Source of the DNA: Escherichia phage myPSH2311
Sequence record: MG976803.1
Direction: 5' to 3' (one strand)
Length of the DNA stretch: 64,000 nucleotides
The notes under the pieces are model-generated. The model did not search any database, had not been told where the DNA came from, and saw only the letters and a list, made by a program, of their open reading frames with translations. This document shows positions 41,323 through 51,327 of the stretch, piece after piece (position 1 is the first letter of the stretch; the number at the start of each line of letters is the position of its first letter). The position numbers and the translations under genes were made by a program.

Positions 41323-42183
41323 CTATGCAAATGTGCGCTTTGGCGATTGGGCCAAATTGGCCTGAAGACTAGACATAATCTGAATCTCTTCATAAGGGAT
41401 TCCAAAGAATCGACTCATGTCTCGGTTAACACAATATAGAGCACTTGTTGTATCTTCAATAAGAGAAACCTGACCTAATCCATTGACTAGATGACTAACT
41501 GGCTGAGGTGTGGGAAGATATCGAGTTTGGGCCATGTATTGATGCGCAACTGCTGGAGAGGAAAATCTCAACACTTGTGAGTTAGGCCACTTCTTGTGAA
41601 CATACCTGATTTCACGACTAGAGACAACCACTGGACAAGGGGAAGTCATAGCCAAATATCCGTGAGAAGTCATGAATAAGTTGTCAAGAGTCATCGCACC
41701 ACGGCACATCATAGGAAAATTATCCAATACCTCTTCAATAGAAGTAGGATAATTAAACATGAATTGGATACGAACCCCATTCCACTGAAACTCAATAATA
41801 TCAGTGAATGTTAATTGAGAACCCCCAGCATAGGATTCGTTTGTAGCTTCAGCAAGAAGTGATGCATATTCAATATCTTGTGACTCTAGCCATTCCTTCA
41901 CATTACTTTCAATCTCCCGTCCAAGCTCTTGCCAACGATCAGTTGGGATGAAAGTGTTTTGAGTTCTTGGTGTTTGTCCTCTGACAATAAAGATATCAAT
42001 GTCATGTGGAGCTATGTTATTAAGGACAGCATCACGAACAGCCCCACCAGTAATGATGGGACAGATACCATCTGGAATCAAGTTGTTGTTAATCAACTGT
42101 TCAATGAAGTGACGACCAACAGTGATATCAGGTTGTTGAGCAACCTTATCTTCAATTTGGTTAATCGGGATAACAATCATTTT
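41323..42183 (-). CDS. Pol-beta superfamily nucleotidyltransferase (CCA-adding/poly(A)-polymerase-like), N-terminal part
   Basis: GICPIITGGAVRDAVLNNIAPHDIDIF matches GG.VRD...D.D NTase signature; C-terminal 16 residues are insert-encoded. Confidence 0.5.
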   Translation of the reverse strand, partial: KMIVIPINQIEDKVAQQPDITVGRHFIEQLINNNLIPDGICPIITGGAVRDAVLNNIAPHDIDIFIVRGQTPRTQNTFIPTDRWQELGREIESNVKEWLESQDIEYASLLAEATNESYAGGSQLTFTDIIEFQWNGVRIQFMFNYPTSIEEVLDNFPMMCRGAMTLDNLFMTSHGYLAMTSPCPVVVSSREIRYVHKKWPNSQVLRFSSPAVAHQYMAQTRYLPTPQPVSHLVNGLGQVSLIEDTTSALYCVNRDMSRFFGIPYEEIQIMSSLQANLAQSPKRTFA

Positions 42184-42739
42184 ACATTTTCCAATATAAT
42201 GAAGGTGGGTCGTAAGGGTCAAATCCCGTGAGTTCACACAAGAAAAGATAAACCTTAACAGTTAAGTTAACGTCCTGTTCACAATAAGTAAACATATCTT
42301 CAGTGAAAGCATCCCATGCTTCCTCTTGCTCACCATAATCGCCCTTAAGTTCTCCTAAGAACTCACCCCACTGCTTCAAACCATGACCCCTTGGGCCACG
42401 TCTAGGGTCGCCTTTCGGATACTCAGGACTGTCACCAATACGGTCAGGTTTAAGATATCGACTAAGACATAAAGTGTCGAAGACGTTAAAACGATAGTTA
42501 ATCAGATTGGGATACATCTTCTTCAGAGCACAAAGGTCGAAGTCAATAATATTGTGACCCACCAGTACATCTGCTTCTGTAAGTTTACGAATCCCATCTT
42601 CAATTTGGTGAGGCCGATAGCCCCACCTTTCACCAGTTTCAACATCGAAGATATAAATACACCATACTTTAGTTATGTCATCGTACAGTGCATTACTCTC
42701 GATATCGAATGCAAACACTTTCTTCTTTTTCTTTACCAC
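42182..42739 (-). CDS. DnaQ-like 3'-5' exonuclease (stand-alone)
   Basis: Exo motifs [10 protein letters not shown] (DxE), [16 protein letters not shown] (Yx3D). Confidence 0.65.
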   Translation of the reverse strand: MVKKKKKVFAFDIESNALYDDITKVWCIYIFDVETGERWGYRPHQIEDGIRKLTEADVLVGHNIIDFDLCALKKMYPNLINYRFNVFDTLCLSRYLKPDRIGDSPEYPKGDPRRGPRGHGLKQWGEFLGELKGDYGEQEEAWDAFTEDMFTYCEQDVNLTVKVYLFLCELTGFDPYDPPSLYWKM

Positions 42740-44073
42740 GGTGAAGCTCCATCTGCTTGGTTGACGAGAGAAGCTGCATCCTCTCCGTTAGTTAAAACGA
42801 ATGGATTATCTTCATCAACTTCAAAGTCTTCCCTTTCTACAAGTCTCCCGGTTTCACTGATATACTTAGTATAGCAGACACCTGTCTGACCGTAGTTACG
42901 TTCTTTCAGTAATCGAATGACTGAGAGGTTCTTAGCTAAGCCATCAGCTTGCTTGTCACGCTCAAAGCCAATGATACACTGACACCAACGCATAAGAGAA
43001 CGAGAGCCAGTGAACTGCACTTCACGTACCTGTCCACCTTCTTCATGAGGAGCACCACCTGCCGGAGCATTAAGGTGAGATAGCACGAAAGCGGTAAAGT
43101 CTAATTCTTTGCACATACCAGCAAGCTCGGAAGCAATCTTACTGATTTCAGTGTTAATCTCTGAAGGTGTTAAATGGGACACCAGAGCGGTAATGTTATC
43201 AAGGATGATGAACTTACACTGGTTTTCAACTACCCAGAAACGGATACACTGTTTAATGTCTTCCCATTCATTCTGTCCGAAGTTGTCATACAAGAAGAAT
43301 TTGTCTGCATAACGAAGTGCTTCATTACGCAAATCCTCCTCATCATATTCAACATCAGGTCGGTGGAAAGGAATTGATGCCGACTTACCAGCAATGTTCT
43401 TAACAGACATGCCTACCTTCTCTTCCAAGAAGAAGCCACCTCCATTAAAACCATGTTCTAAGCACAGATGAGCAACCAGCTCATGAGCAATGAGTGTTTT
43501 ACCACTCCCTACTCCACCACCAATTGCTACCACCTCTCCCCATCGAATACCGAAGGTCATCTCATTCAGAGTCTTCCACGGATATGGGATACCCCACTCC
43601 GCTTTCTTCAGAGCATCATCAAGGCAATCAAAGATTGTTACAGCACCAGCAGGAGATTCCCGCTTTGCTGAGTACTTGAGAATGTTGAATAACTCTTGAC
43701 CACGACCAGACAGAAGCATGTCATTCGCATCCTTAATCTCTTTCTCCACACCGTTGTATGGGAAAGTTCCTTTAGGAATACGAGCAAACTTAACATGAGG
43801 GAATAAAGAACGACCTTTTGTTAAAGCTATCTCACCTGCATCATCGTTGTCCATGCAGAGCACAACCTCCTCAAAACCATTTACGAAGTCTCGATTACGA
43901 GACAACACAGAAGAGATTGAACCTGCACCGAACGGTAAAGAAACACATGCTGGTTTGATGTTTGTTGCATTTGTAAAAGCTGTAAGGACATGGAAACCTG
44001 ACATACAGGATAGCGGGTCTTCAAAAATGAACAGCTTCTTGTTGTACACATCTCCACGTTGAGCTTGTGCCAT
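42733..44073 (-). CDS. DNA primase/helicase (Toprim domain plus DnaB-like helicase)
   Basis: Toprim MDNDDAGE; Walker [10 protein letters not shown]; Walker B-like FIILDNIT. Confidence 0.75.
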   Translation of the reverse strand: MAQAQRGDVYNKKLFIFEDPLSCMSGFHVLTAFTNATNIKPACVSLPFGAGSISSVLSRNRDFVNGFEEVVLCMDNDDAGEIALTKGRSLFPHVKFARIPKGTFPYNGVEKEIKDANDMLLSGRGQELFNILKYSAKRESPAGAVTIFDCLDDALKKAEWGIPYPWKTLNEMTFGIRWGEVVAIGGGVGSGKTLIAHELVAHLCLEHGFNGGGFFLEEKVGMSVKNIAGKSASIPFHRPDVEYDEEDLRNEALRYADKFFLYDNFGQNEWEDIKQCIRFWVVENQCKFIILDNITALVSHLTPSEINTEISKIASELAGMCKELDFTAFVLSHLNAPAGGAPHEEGGQVREVQFTGSRSLMRWCQCIIGFERDKQADGLAKNLSVIRLLKERNYGQTGVCYTKYISETGRLVEREDFEVDEDNPFVLTNGEDAASLVNQADGASPW

Positions 44074-44240
44074 ACCAAAATTGCGTGACGTTGGCTAATT
44101 GCTGACGTGGAATGGCCCTGGCAATTGGGATGCCCCGTGTTAGCTGCGATTTGGCGCGTTATTGGCCCCGTGTTTGCAAGTAATGCGCGGGCTTTATGCC
44201 GTTAATGCTGGGTTTATGCGTGCATATTGCTGTGCCAATG
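44074..44240. other. GC-rich insert between primase zinc-ribbon and Toprim coding regions
   Basis: Zinc-ribbon ORF runs into this segment and stops; Toprim ORF begins just after it; composition unlike flanks. Confidence 0.55.
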
Positions 44241-44412
44241 CGTAATGGGTAGTGCCCTTTTCGAACACTTCGTAATTCCCACAACGGTTACAACTCCCCC
44301 ACTCCTCACCAGTCTCTTCGTTACGGAAGAGAATCATGTGGTTGTGGGTTTTATCACGACCATGAGAGATACATTCCTTACAACCTGTGTCTCCCAAAAT
44401 GATCTTTGACAT
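44194..44412 (-). CDS. Primase zinc-binding domain (N-terminal fragment of primase)
   Basis: CKEC...CNRC Cys4 zinc-ribbon; last ~17 residues are insert-encoded. Confidence 0.5.
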   Translation of the reverse strand: MSKIILGDTGCKECISHGRDKTHNHMILFRNEETGEEWGSCNRCGNYEVFEKGTTHYALAQQYARINPALTA

Positions 44413-44590
44413 GCTCTTCCTCCTTGGAATCCTTGAGCTTAGTAGAACGAACGAATTTCATCCCACACTTGTTCCTGTTCTTTCCTATAAAAAGAAAGTT
44501 GGGTCTTGAACATCTCCACTGATGATTCAAAGTTTTTGGTTTGTGCAGCTTCAACGAAACGTTCATGTCGGTTGATTTTGCACCGTAGCA

Positions 44591-45214
44591 TTAAATACTT
44601 GGCTTCAAGTCTCCGAAGAGCCATGTGGCAATTTTATCTTGTTCTTCGTCGATATGATAAATCCAAGCGATAACAGTTTCACCTGAGTCCATCTTAACAG
44701 CAATCTGAGTACGCTGATAGAAGCTGTCTTCAGGGCTACGTTTGTTGTAACCTTCCAGACGGTCATACGGACCTTCCAGACCTGCTTTGTCAGTAGCAAA
44801 CACTTCTACACGAACAGGCTTGTTGTTATTGCTGTGTGCGAGAGAGATGCTCGGGAAGTAGGAACCACCGTAACGGAACAGATCAAAGTTGTCTAATGGG
44901 CCGTTTTATGCGGTTTAAAGGCCTTGACCAGTGCATTTGCCCGTTAAATGGCGTGGGGATTTCCCAGTGCGGGTGGCCAGTAAACGTGTTTTGTCTTTGT
45001 CAGTAGCAAACACTTCTACACGAACAGGCTTGTTGTTATTGCTGTGTGCGAGAGAGATGCTCGGGAAGTAGGAACCACCGTAACGGAACAGATCAAAGTT
45101 GTCTTCAGTCCAACCTTCACCAATTGACTTAGCACCAGCTCGGTCATTAACTAAATAGTTAGCTTGACCACGACGAAGAGAACCATAAGTTGCTACGTAA
45201 ATTACTTCTGACAT
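44591..45214 (-). CDS. Gamma-glutamyl cyclotransferase (AIG2/GGCT)-like protein, interrupted by 100-bp insert with 110-bp flanking direct repeats
   Basis: N-terminus MSEVIYVATYGSLRRGQAN resembles YGSL...G GGCT signature; ORFs 44915-45214 and 44591-44803 join if 44895-45104 is removed. Confidence 0.45.
44895..44994. other. GC-rich insert flanked by 110-bp perfect direct repeats (44785-44894 and 44995-45104)
   Basis: Exact repeat verified by reading both copies. Confidence 0.6.
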
Positions 45215-45425
45215 TATCTATACCTTTCCAGTCTTTCATGATGTTTTCAATGTAAGCACACTGCTGATCAGTGGCTCCTGTTACAAACACTTCTAACCCC
45301 AACTGCTCACAGAAGGGATTAAGAATCAATATTCTGGTTTGCCCATACGAGTGATGCTCTCGGTAGATAACACACCCAGCATCCCATACAGAATCAATGG
45401 CTTTACTCAATCTTTCATGTTTCAT
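45159..45425 (-). CDS. Hypothetical protein
   Basis: 88-aa ORF overlapping GGCT-like start. Confidence 0.3.
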   Translation of the reverse strand: MKHERLSKAIDSVWDAGCVIYREHHSYGQTRILILNPFCEQLGLEVFVTGATDQQCAYIENIMKDWKGIDNVRSNLRSNLWFSSSWSS

Positions 45426-45478
45426 AAAACCTCCAGCTTATCCGAACTAGCCTCCTCTTTCGAAGAGGCTAAAGCAGA

Positions 45479-46880
45479 TTACTCTGTAATAAAGATTTTG
45501 ATTACACCACAGATTGCTGCACTCTCAAATACTGCAACAGCTTCACTCCCCTGAAAGAAGGCCACTTTGCCGTCAGAGAAGTTAAACATGTCAGCATCTA
45601 GGTCCATAGCTCGCATATCACCAGCGTCGTTAGTATCTTTAAACAGAACTTTATACTTATTCACAGATAGGTCACTCCTTTGTCTTGTTGTGCTTCAGAG
45701 ATGATACGTTCTACACATTCCATAGAATACTTATCACCACGTTTCAGGAAAGTCACAATTGCAGAGAATTGATTACCAATCATTCGCTGATTAGTAATAC
45801 CCCACTCCTCACACAACTTACGCAACTCTTTACGAGAGCCTACAATCAGAGGCTCTTTTTGTTCCATCATTCCATTTTGTACTAGATCTTCCAATGAAAA
45901 CATATCCATATATCCTTAGTAGTTTACAACAGTGCCATCGTTCAGGGTAAGGCTATTAATCTGCAACACACGACCAAGCTGACGATCACTAATTGGTGCG
46001 TTCCATCCAGAGCGGTAGAAGTTACGACCACAGAAGAACAAGATCACATTACTTGCTACAGTCGAACCGTTTTCAGGATGCTTGATGTTAGCGATATAAT
46101 AACCACGACGCAGATTACGACGGGTTACAGGGTTGATCTCTAACCCTTGCTCTTCAACTTGCATTGTTTCAGGAACAGGTTCCGAAGATTCTTCAGCAAC
46201 TGGCTCGGAGCTTTCCACTGACAGTGCGTAATCCTCATCACCTGCTGGTGAAAATGTTTCTTCCACTTCTTCAACAGGAAGTTCGTATGCAACACGATAG
46301 TCAGGCTCAACACCAGAGAAGCTCTTAACAAACTCAACAATATTGTGAGTATAGGTTTCCAGAGTTGTTCCAGTCAGTCCCGGAGCTGTGTTAACTTCCA
46401 GAACCCAAGCGTTAGTATTTTTACTAATCAGGTCAACAGCACCAAAGTTCAAACCCAGAGCAGATACAGCTTTGTGAGCTTGAATCAAAACCTGATCAGG
46501 AGGCGCATCTTGGAAGTTTGAGGAATAAACCCAACCAGTGTGATGATTTCGAACGTCTTCACGATAGGAAGGATCTTCACGGTAACCATTACGACGAATC
46601 TTCTTCTGAACGTAAGTGATAACACCTTCGAATACATGAACACGCCATTCACGATTGGTGAACGATAAGGGAAAGGTCCTTGGCCATAGCGTGGCGTATG
46701 CATGCATGCATGCATAAATTGCGTGTTTTGGGCGCGGTGAACGACTGTTAAAGTGTTAGCTTGACCACGACGAAGAGAACCATAAGTTGCTACGTAAATT
46801 ACTTCTGACATTATCTATACCTTTGTTGGTTTGTTTAGTTTATCCGAACTAGCCTCCTCTTTCGAAGAGGCTAAAGCAGA
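45479..46880 (-). repeat. Tandem repeat unit 3: truncated ATP-grasp copy (45916-46707), 82-aa ORF (45661-45909), 61-aa ORF (45479-45664), plus GC-rich junction and GGCT-start fragment
   Basis: Near-identical to units at 46881-48246 and 48247-49904; truncated copy begins exactly at codons REWRVHV. Confidence 0.7.
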
Positions 46881-48246
46881 TTACTCTGTAATAAAGATTT
46901 TGATTACACCACAGATTGCTGCACTTTCAAATACTGCAACAGCTTCACTTCCCTGAAAGAAGGCCACTTTGCCATCAGAGAAGTTAAACATGTCAGCATC
47001 TAGGTCCATAGCTCGCATATCACCAGCATCATTAGTATCTTTAAACAGAACTTTATACTTATTCACAGATAGGTCACTCCTTTGTCTTGTTGTGCTTCAG
47101 TGATGATACGTTCTACACATTCCATAGAATACTTATCACCACGTTTCAGGAAAGTTACAATTGCAGAGAATTGATTACCAATCATTCGCTGATTAGTAAT
47201 ACCCCACTCCTCACACAACTTACGCAACTCTTTACGAGAGCCTACAATCAGAGGCTCTTTTTGTTCCATCATTCCATTTTGTACTAGATCTTCCAATGAA
47301 AACATATCCATATATCCTTAGTAGTTTACAACAGTGCCATCATTCAGGGTAAGACTGTTAATCTGCAACACACGACCAAGCTGGCGATCACCAATCGGTG
47401 CATTCCACCCAGAGCGGTAGAAGTTACGACCACAGAAGAACAAGATCACATTACTTGCTACAGTTGAACCATTCTCAGGGTGCTTGATATTAGCGATGTA
47501 ATAACCACGACGTAAAGTACGACGGGTTACAGGGTTGATCTCTAACCCTTGTTCTTCCACTTGCATTGTTTCAGGAACAGGCTCCGAAGACTCTTCAACA
47601 ACTGGTTCAGCTGTCAATGCAAAGTTCTCGTCATCTGCTGATTCAGCAAACTCTTCCACTTCTTCAACAGGCAGTTCGTAAGCAACGCGGTAGTCAGGAT
47701 CAACACCAGAGAAACTCTTAACAAACTCAACGATGTTGTGAGTGTAAGTTTCCAGAGTTGTTCCAGTCAGGCCCGGAGCTGTATTAACTTCCAGAACCCA
47801 AGCGTTAGTACCTTTGCTAATCAGGTCAACAGCACCGAAGTTCAAACCCAGAGCAGATACAGCTTTGTGGGCTTGAATCAGAACCTGATCAGGCGGCGCA
47901 TCTTGGAAGTTTGAGGAATAAACCCAACCAGTATGATGGTTTCGAACGTCTTCACGATAGGAAGGATCTTCACGATAACCATTACGGCGAATCTTTTTCT
48001 GAACATAGGTGATAACACCTTCAAACACATGAACACGCCATTCACGAGGTGTAAGCTGCGAATGCGGTTAAATTGCAATGCGTGCCCAAGTGTTTTTGCT
48101 AAGGTGGGTAACATTTACGCGGTCCATTAGTCGTCGTGCAGTTGCGTATAAGTTGCTACGTAAATTACTTCTGACATTATCTATACCTTTGTTGGTTTGT
48201 TTAGTTTATCCGAACTAGCCTCATCTTTCGAAGAGGCTAAAGCAGA
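46881..48246 (-). repeat. Tandem repeat unit 2: truncated ATP-grasp copy (47318-48028), 82-aa ORF (47063-47311), 61-aa ORF (46881-47066), plus GC-rich junction
   Basis: Protein copies differ at a few residues from unit 1; same breakpoint as unit 3. Confidence 0.7.
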
Positions 48247-48432
48247 TTACTCTGTAATAAAGATTTTGATTACACCGCAGATTGCTGCACTTTCAAACAC
48301 TGCAACAGCTTCACTTCCTTGAAAGAAGGCCACTTTGCCATCAGAGAAGTTAAACATGTCAGCATCGAGGTCCATTGCTCGCATCTCACCAGCTGCATTG
48401 GTATCTTTAAACAGAACTTTATACTTATTCAC
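48247..48432 (-). CDS. Small protein (61 aa), first of three copies
   Basis: 61 aa; copies at 46881-47066 and 45479-45664 are identical in protein sequence, the unit-1 copy differs at two residues; followed by conserved hairpin. Confidence 0.35.
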   Translation of the reverse strand: MNKYKVLFKDTNAAGEMRAMDLDADMFNFSDGKVAFFQGSEAVAVFESAAICGVIKIFITE

Positions 48433-48677
48433 AGATATGTTACTCCCTTGTCTTGTTGTGCTTCAGTGATGATACGCTCTACACATTCCATAGAGTACTT
48501 ATCACCACGTTTTAGGAAAGTTACAATTGCAGAGAATTGATTACCAATCATTCGCTGATTAGTAATACCCAACTCCTCACACAATTTACGCAACTCTTTA
48601 CGAGAGCCTACAATAAGAGGCTCTTTTTGTTCCATCATTCCATTTTGTACTAGATCTTCCAATGAAAACATATCCAT
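48429..48677 (-). CDS. Small protein (82 aa), first of three copies
   Basis: Conserved in all three repeat units. Confidence 0.35.
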   Translation of the reverse strand: MDMFSLEDLVQNGMMEQKEPLIVGSRKELRKLCEELGITNQRMIGNQFSAIVTFLKRGDKYSMECVERIITEAQQDKGVTYL

Positions 48678-48683
48678 ATATCC

Positions 48684-49904
48684 TTAGTAGTTTACAACAG
48701 TGCCATCATTCAGGGTAAGGTTATTAATCTGCAACACACGACCAAGCTGACGATCACTAATTGGTGCGTTCCATCCAGAGCGGTAGAAGTTACGACCACA
48801 GAAGAACAAGATCACATTACTTGCTACAGTTGAACCATTTTCAGGATGCTTGATGTTAGCGATATAATAACCACGACGCAGATTACGACGGGTTACAGGG
48901 TTGATCTCTAACCCTTGCTCTTCAACCTGCATTATTTCAGGGACAGGCTCCGAAGACTCTTCAACAACTGGCTCGGAGCTTTCCGCTGATAGTGCGTAAT
49001 CCTCATCACCTGCTGGTGAAAATGTTTCTTCCACTTCTTCCACGGGAAGTTCGTATGCAACACGGTAGTCAGGCTCAACACCAGAGAAGCTCTTAACAAA
49101 CTCAACGATGTTGTGAGTGTAGGTTTCCAGAGTTGTGCCAGTCAGGCCCGGAGCTGTATTAACTTCCAGAACCCAAGCGTTAGTACCTTTGCTAATCAGG
49201 TCAACAGCACCGAAGTTCAAACCCAGAGCAGATACAGCTTTGTGAGCTTGAATCAGAACTTGATCAGGAGGCGCTTCAGTGAAGGAGTTAGAATAAACCC
49301 AACCAGTATGATGGTTACGAATATCTTCACGATAGCTTTCCAGTTCACGATAACCATTACGACGAATCTTCTTCTGAACGTAAGTGATAACACCTTCGAA
49401 CACATGAACACGCCATTCACGACGTGGGCCTTGGATGCCTTTGGTGTACAGAGGAGCATCCGCAACACCTTCTCGCGGAAGACGAACAGTGATCCCCTCA
49501 CCAGAGTGACCAGTCAAGGTTGCACGTTCATAAACAATTTCATTCCGGTTCCAGTTCTGAGCTACTTCACGATCTACGGTGTATTCAACAGTTTTGACTT
49601 CAGCTAAACGCAGTGCGTTAAATGCTGCAACTTTGTTAGCGGCTCGGTTCAAGGCAACCACAGAGTTCAATACAGTTGCACCGCCAAAGAAAGAATCATT
49701 ATATCGACGGTTTCCATAGTTGACAACAATATCACCAACTCGAGAACGATAACGAGAACCCTCTGATACCAGAGACATTACGTTAGCATTTAAGCGAAGT
49801 TCCTGAATCTTAGTTAACGGGTTACATGATGCGTTTAAGCCTGTTACCGTGGCGTTAAATCGGGTTAAGTCAGTCGTAGTGCGTAGTGACTTGTGTGATG
49901 GCAT
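48684..49904 (-). CDS. ATP-grasp family ligase (full-length copy)
   Basis: 406 aa; C-terminal half contains GAVDLISKGTNAWVLEVNTAPGLTG (ATP-grasp EVN..PG signature). Confidence 0.5.
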   Translation of the reverse strand: MPSHKSLRTTTDLTRFNATVTGLNASCNPLTKIQELRLNANVMSLVSEGSRYRSRVGDIVVNYGNRRYNDSFFGGATVLNSVVALNRAANKVAAFNALRLAEVKTVEYTVDREVAQNWNRNEIVYERATLTGHSGEGITVRLPREGVADAPLYTKGIQGPRREWRVHVFEGVITYVQKKIRRNGYRELESYREDIRNHHTGWVYSNSFTEAPPDQVLIQAHKAVSALGLNFGAVDLISKGTNAWVLEVNTAPGLTGTTLETYTHNIVEFVKSFSGVEPDYRVAYELPVEEVEETFSPAGDEDYALSAESSEPVVEESSEPVPEIMQVEEQGLEINPVTRRNLRRGYYIANIKHPENGSTVASNVILFFCGRNFYRSGWNAPISDRQLGRVLQINNLTLNDGTVVNY

Positions 49905-50353
49905 AGGTAACCTACGCCTATATGTACGTGACCACAGTCAGTACGAAGTCCCTTGTTCTGAGAAGTGGGGGACGGATTTTTCTGACCAGTGAAAGCGTTG
50001 AAGTCAGGAGTACATCCAAAGATGAACGCTGATTCATTAAAGGTCTTCATTTCTTCTTCGGTGAAGATGTGAGAGCTAACACCCGGAGCTGTTTCCATGT
50101 CCAGTTTGTTCAGGACATTATTGGTAAGATCGATACCACGTTGCATGTTATCGTTAAACGCTTCAAAACCGCTCTGTGGGTCGATATCAAACTCAGCCAG
50201 TACGTTGTCCTCTTGAAGACGAACATCTTTAGCCAGAGTGATCTTATCGTCCTTAGAACAGCCTAATAGACCAGCTACAGAGGTGATGATACCATTACTG
50301 GTACGAACGAACATTTCAGGGTCAGAGCCGATAAGGAATTTGCGCTTAGTCAT
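49865..50353 (-). CDS. Hypothetical protein (possible ligase-associated)
   Basis: 162-aa ORF overlapping neighbours; no confident motif. Confidence 0.3.
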   Translation of the reverse strand: MTKRKFLIGSDPEMFVRTSNGIITSVAGLLGCSKDDKITLAKDVRLQEDNVLAEFDIDPQSGFEAFNDNMQRGIDLTNNVLNKLDMETAPGVSSHIFTEEEMKTFNESAFIFGCTPDFNAFTGQKNPSPTSQNKGLRTDCGHVHIGVGYLCHHTSHYALRLT

Positions 50354-51317
50354 TGTAATACTCCACTAGTTCAGAAAAGAGAGATGAGATTGTGTTACCA
50401 ACTTCTTCAGGAGTAAGACCGGAATCTTCTCCAGTTCTTTGAATCAGTCGGGCTATAAAGTTTTGTACTGTAATGTTTCCCAACTTGTCGTCTATGGTTT
50501 CACGTTTATGACCATGACAAGTGGACCAGAGTCTTAGCCACTCTGACATTGTTGCATATTCAGCTGGGTCTTGATCTTTAGCAAGAGCAAATCTTCGTAA
50601 GGTCTCTGGGTTATGGTTACGAACATAGCCGTTCTCATTGTAACCAACACCAAAAGGGTTTTGAACCCATACTTGATTCGTGTATTCATCAGAGTCTACA
50701 ACCAAAGGAAGGAATGCTGATGCTGGCATATTGTAGTTAATAACAATAGATGTGCTCTCACTGCTCCCATTGGATCTTCCTTGTTGAGTCCACCCTCCAA
50801 AGAAGTCACGACCCAACCCAGCTAACACTAGAGCGATGCCGATGCGTTTACGCTTCAGCCACTCTTCCCTGTCTTCAATTCCTTCTGCTAGGAAATCCAT
50901 TCCACGATACTGCCCTTCCAGAATGCTACGGAAGAGCATAAGTCCTGTGAAGATCTGATCTGCTGGATGCTCACGAAGGTTGACAGCAACACTATTCGCT
51001 GAAGTGATCGTAAATACGTCACGATAGCAAGACATGGAGTTCATAATGTCTGCTGTTTCAACTAAGTTCTTTTCGATATCAGATGTAACATGACCGTGAA
51101 AAGAGTGAGTCCAGTAATTCAACATCTCCAGTTGCAAGTTGATATCACGGTTGAAGCTACGATAGCGCCCTTCTTCCGTGATAACTTCACCATTAATGTC
51201 ATTTACCCACTGGCCTTGCATGTGGTTGTGGATACCGAAGCACCCACGACCTAAGAACTTCTGTTCCCCTAAATCCTGTTGAAGATTCAGAGGTACGATC
51301 GTTGTGGAGATTGACAT
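50346..51317 (-). CDS. Hypothetical protein (possible carboxylate-amine ligase-like)
   Basis: 323-aa ORF in operon with ATP-grasp gene; assignment speculative. Confidence 0.25.
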   Translation of the reverse strand: MSISTTIVPLNLQQDLGEQKFLGRGCFGIHNHMQGQWVNDINGEVITEEGRYRSFNRDINLQLEMLNYWTHSFHGHVTSDIEKNLVETADIMNSMSCYRDVFTITSANSVAVNLREHPADQIFTGLMLFRSILEGQYRGMDFLAEGIEDREEWLKRKRIGIALVLAGLGRDFFGGWTQQGRSNGSSESTSIVINYNMPASAFLPLVVDSDEYTNQVWVQNPFGVGYNENGYVRNHNPETLRRFALAKDQDPAEYATMSEWLRLWSTCHGHKRETIDDKLGNITVQNFIARLIQRTGEDSGLTPEEVGNTISSLFSELVEYYND

Positions 51318-51327
51318 AACTAACCTT

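Noticed and set aside
37384-44240. Group I or group II introns as the identity of the GC-rich inserts
   Set aside because: Inserts are only about 70-170 bp, too short for canonical self-splicing introns, and I could not recognise P/Q/R/S-like cores or an intron-encoded ORF; splicing of a novel small class is not excluded.
45479-49904. Possible CRISPR array (regularly spaced repeats)
   Set aside because: Repeat units are 1.4 kb and protein-coding (ATP-grasp fragments and small ORFs), not 25-40-bp repeats with unique spacers.
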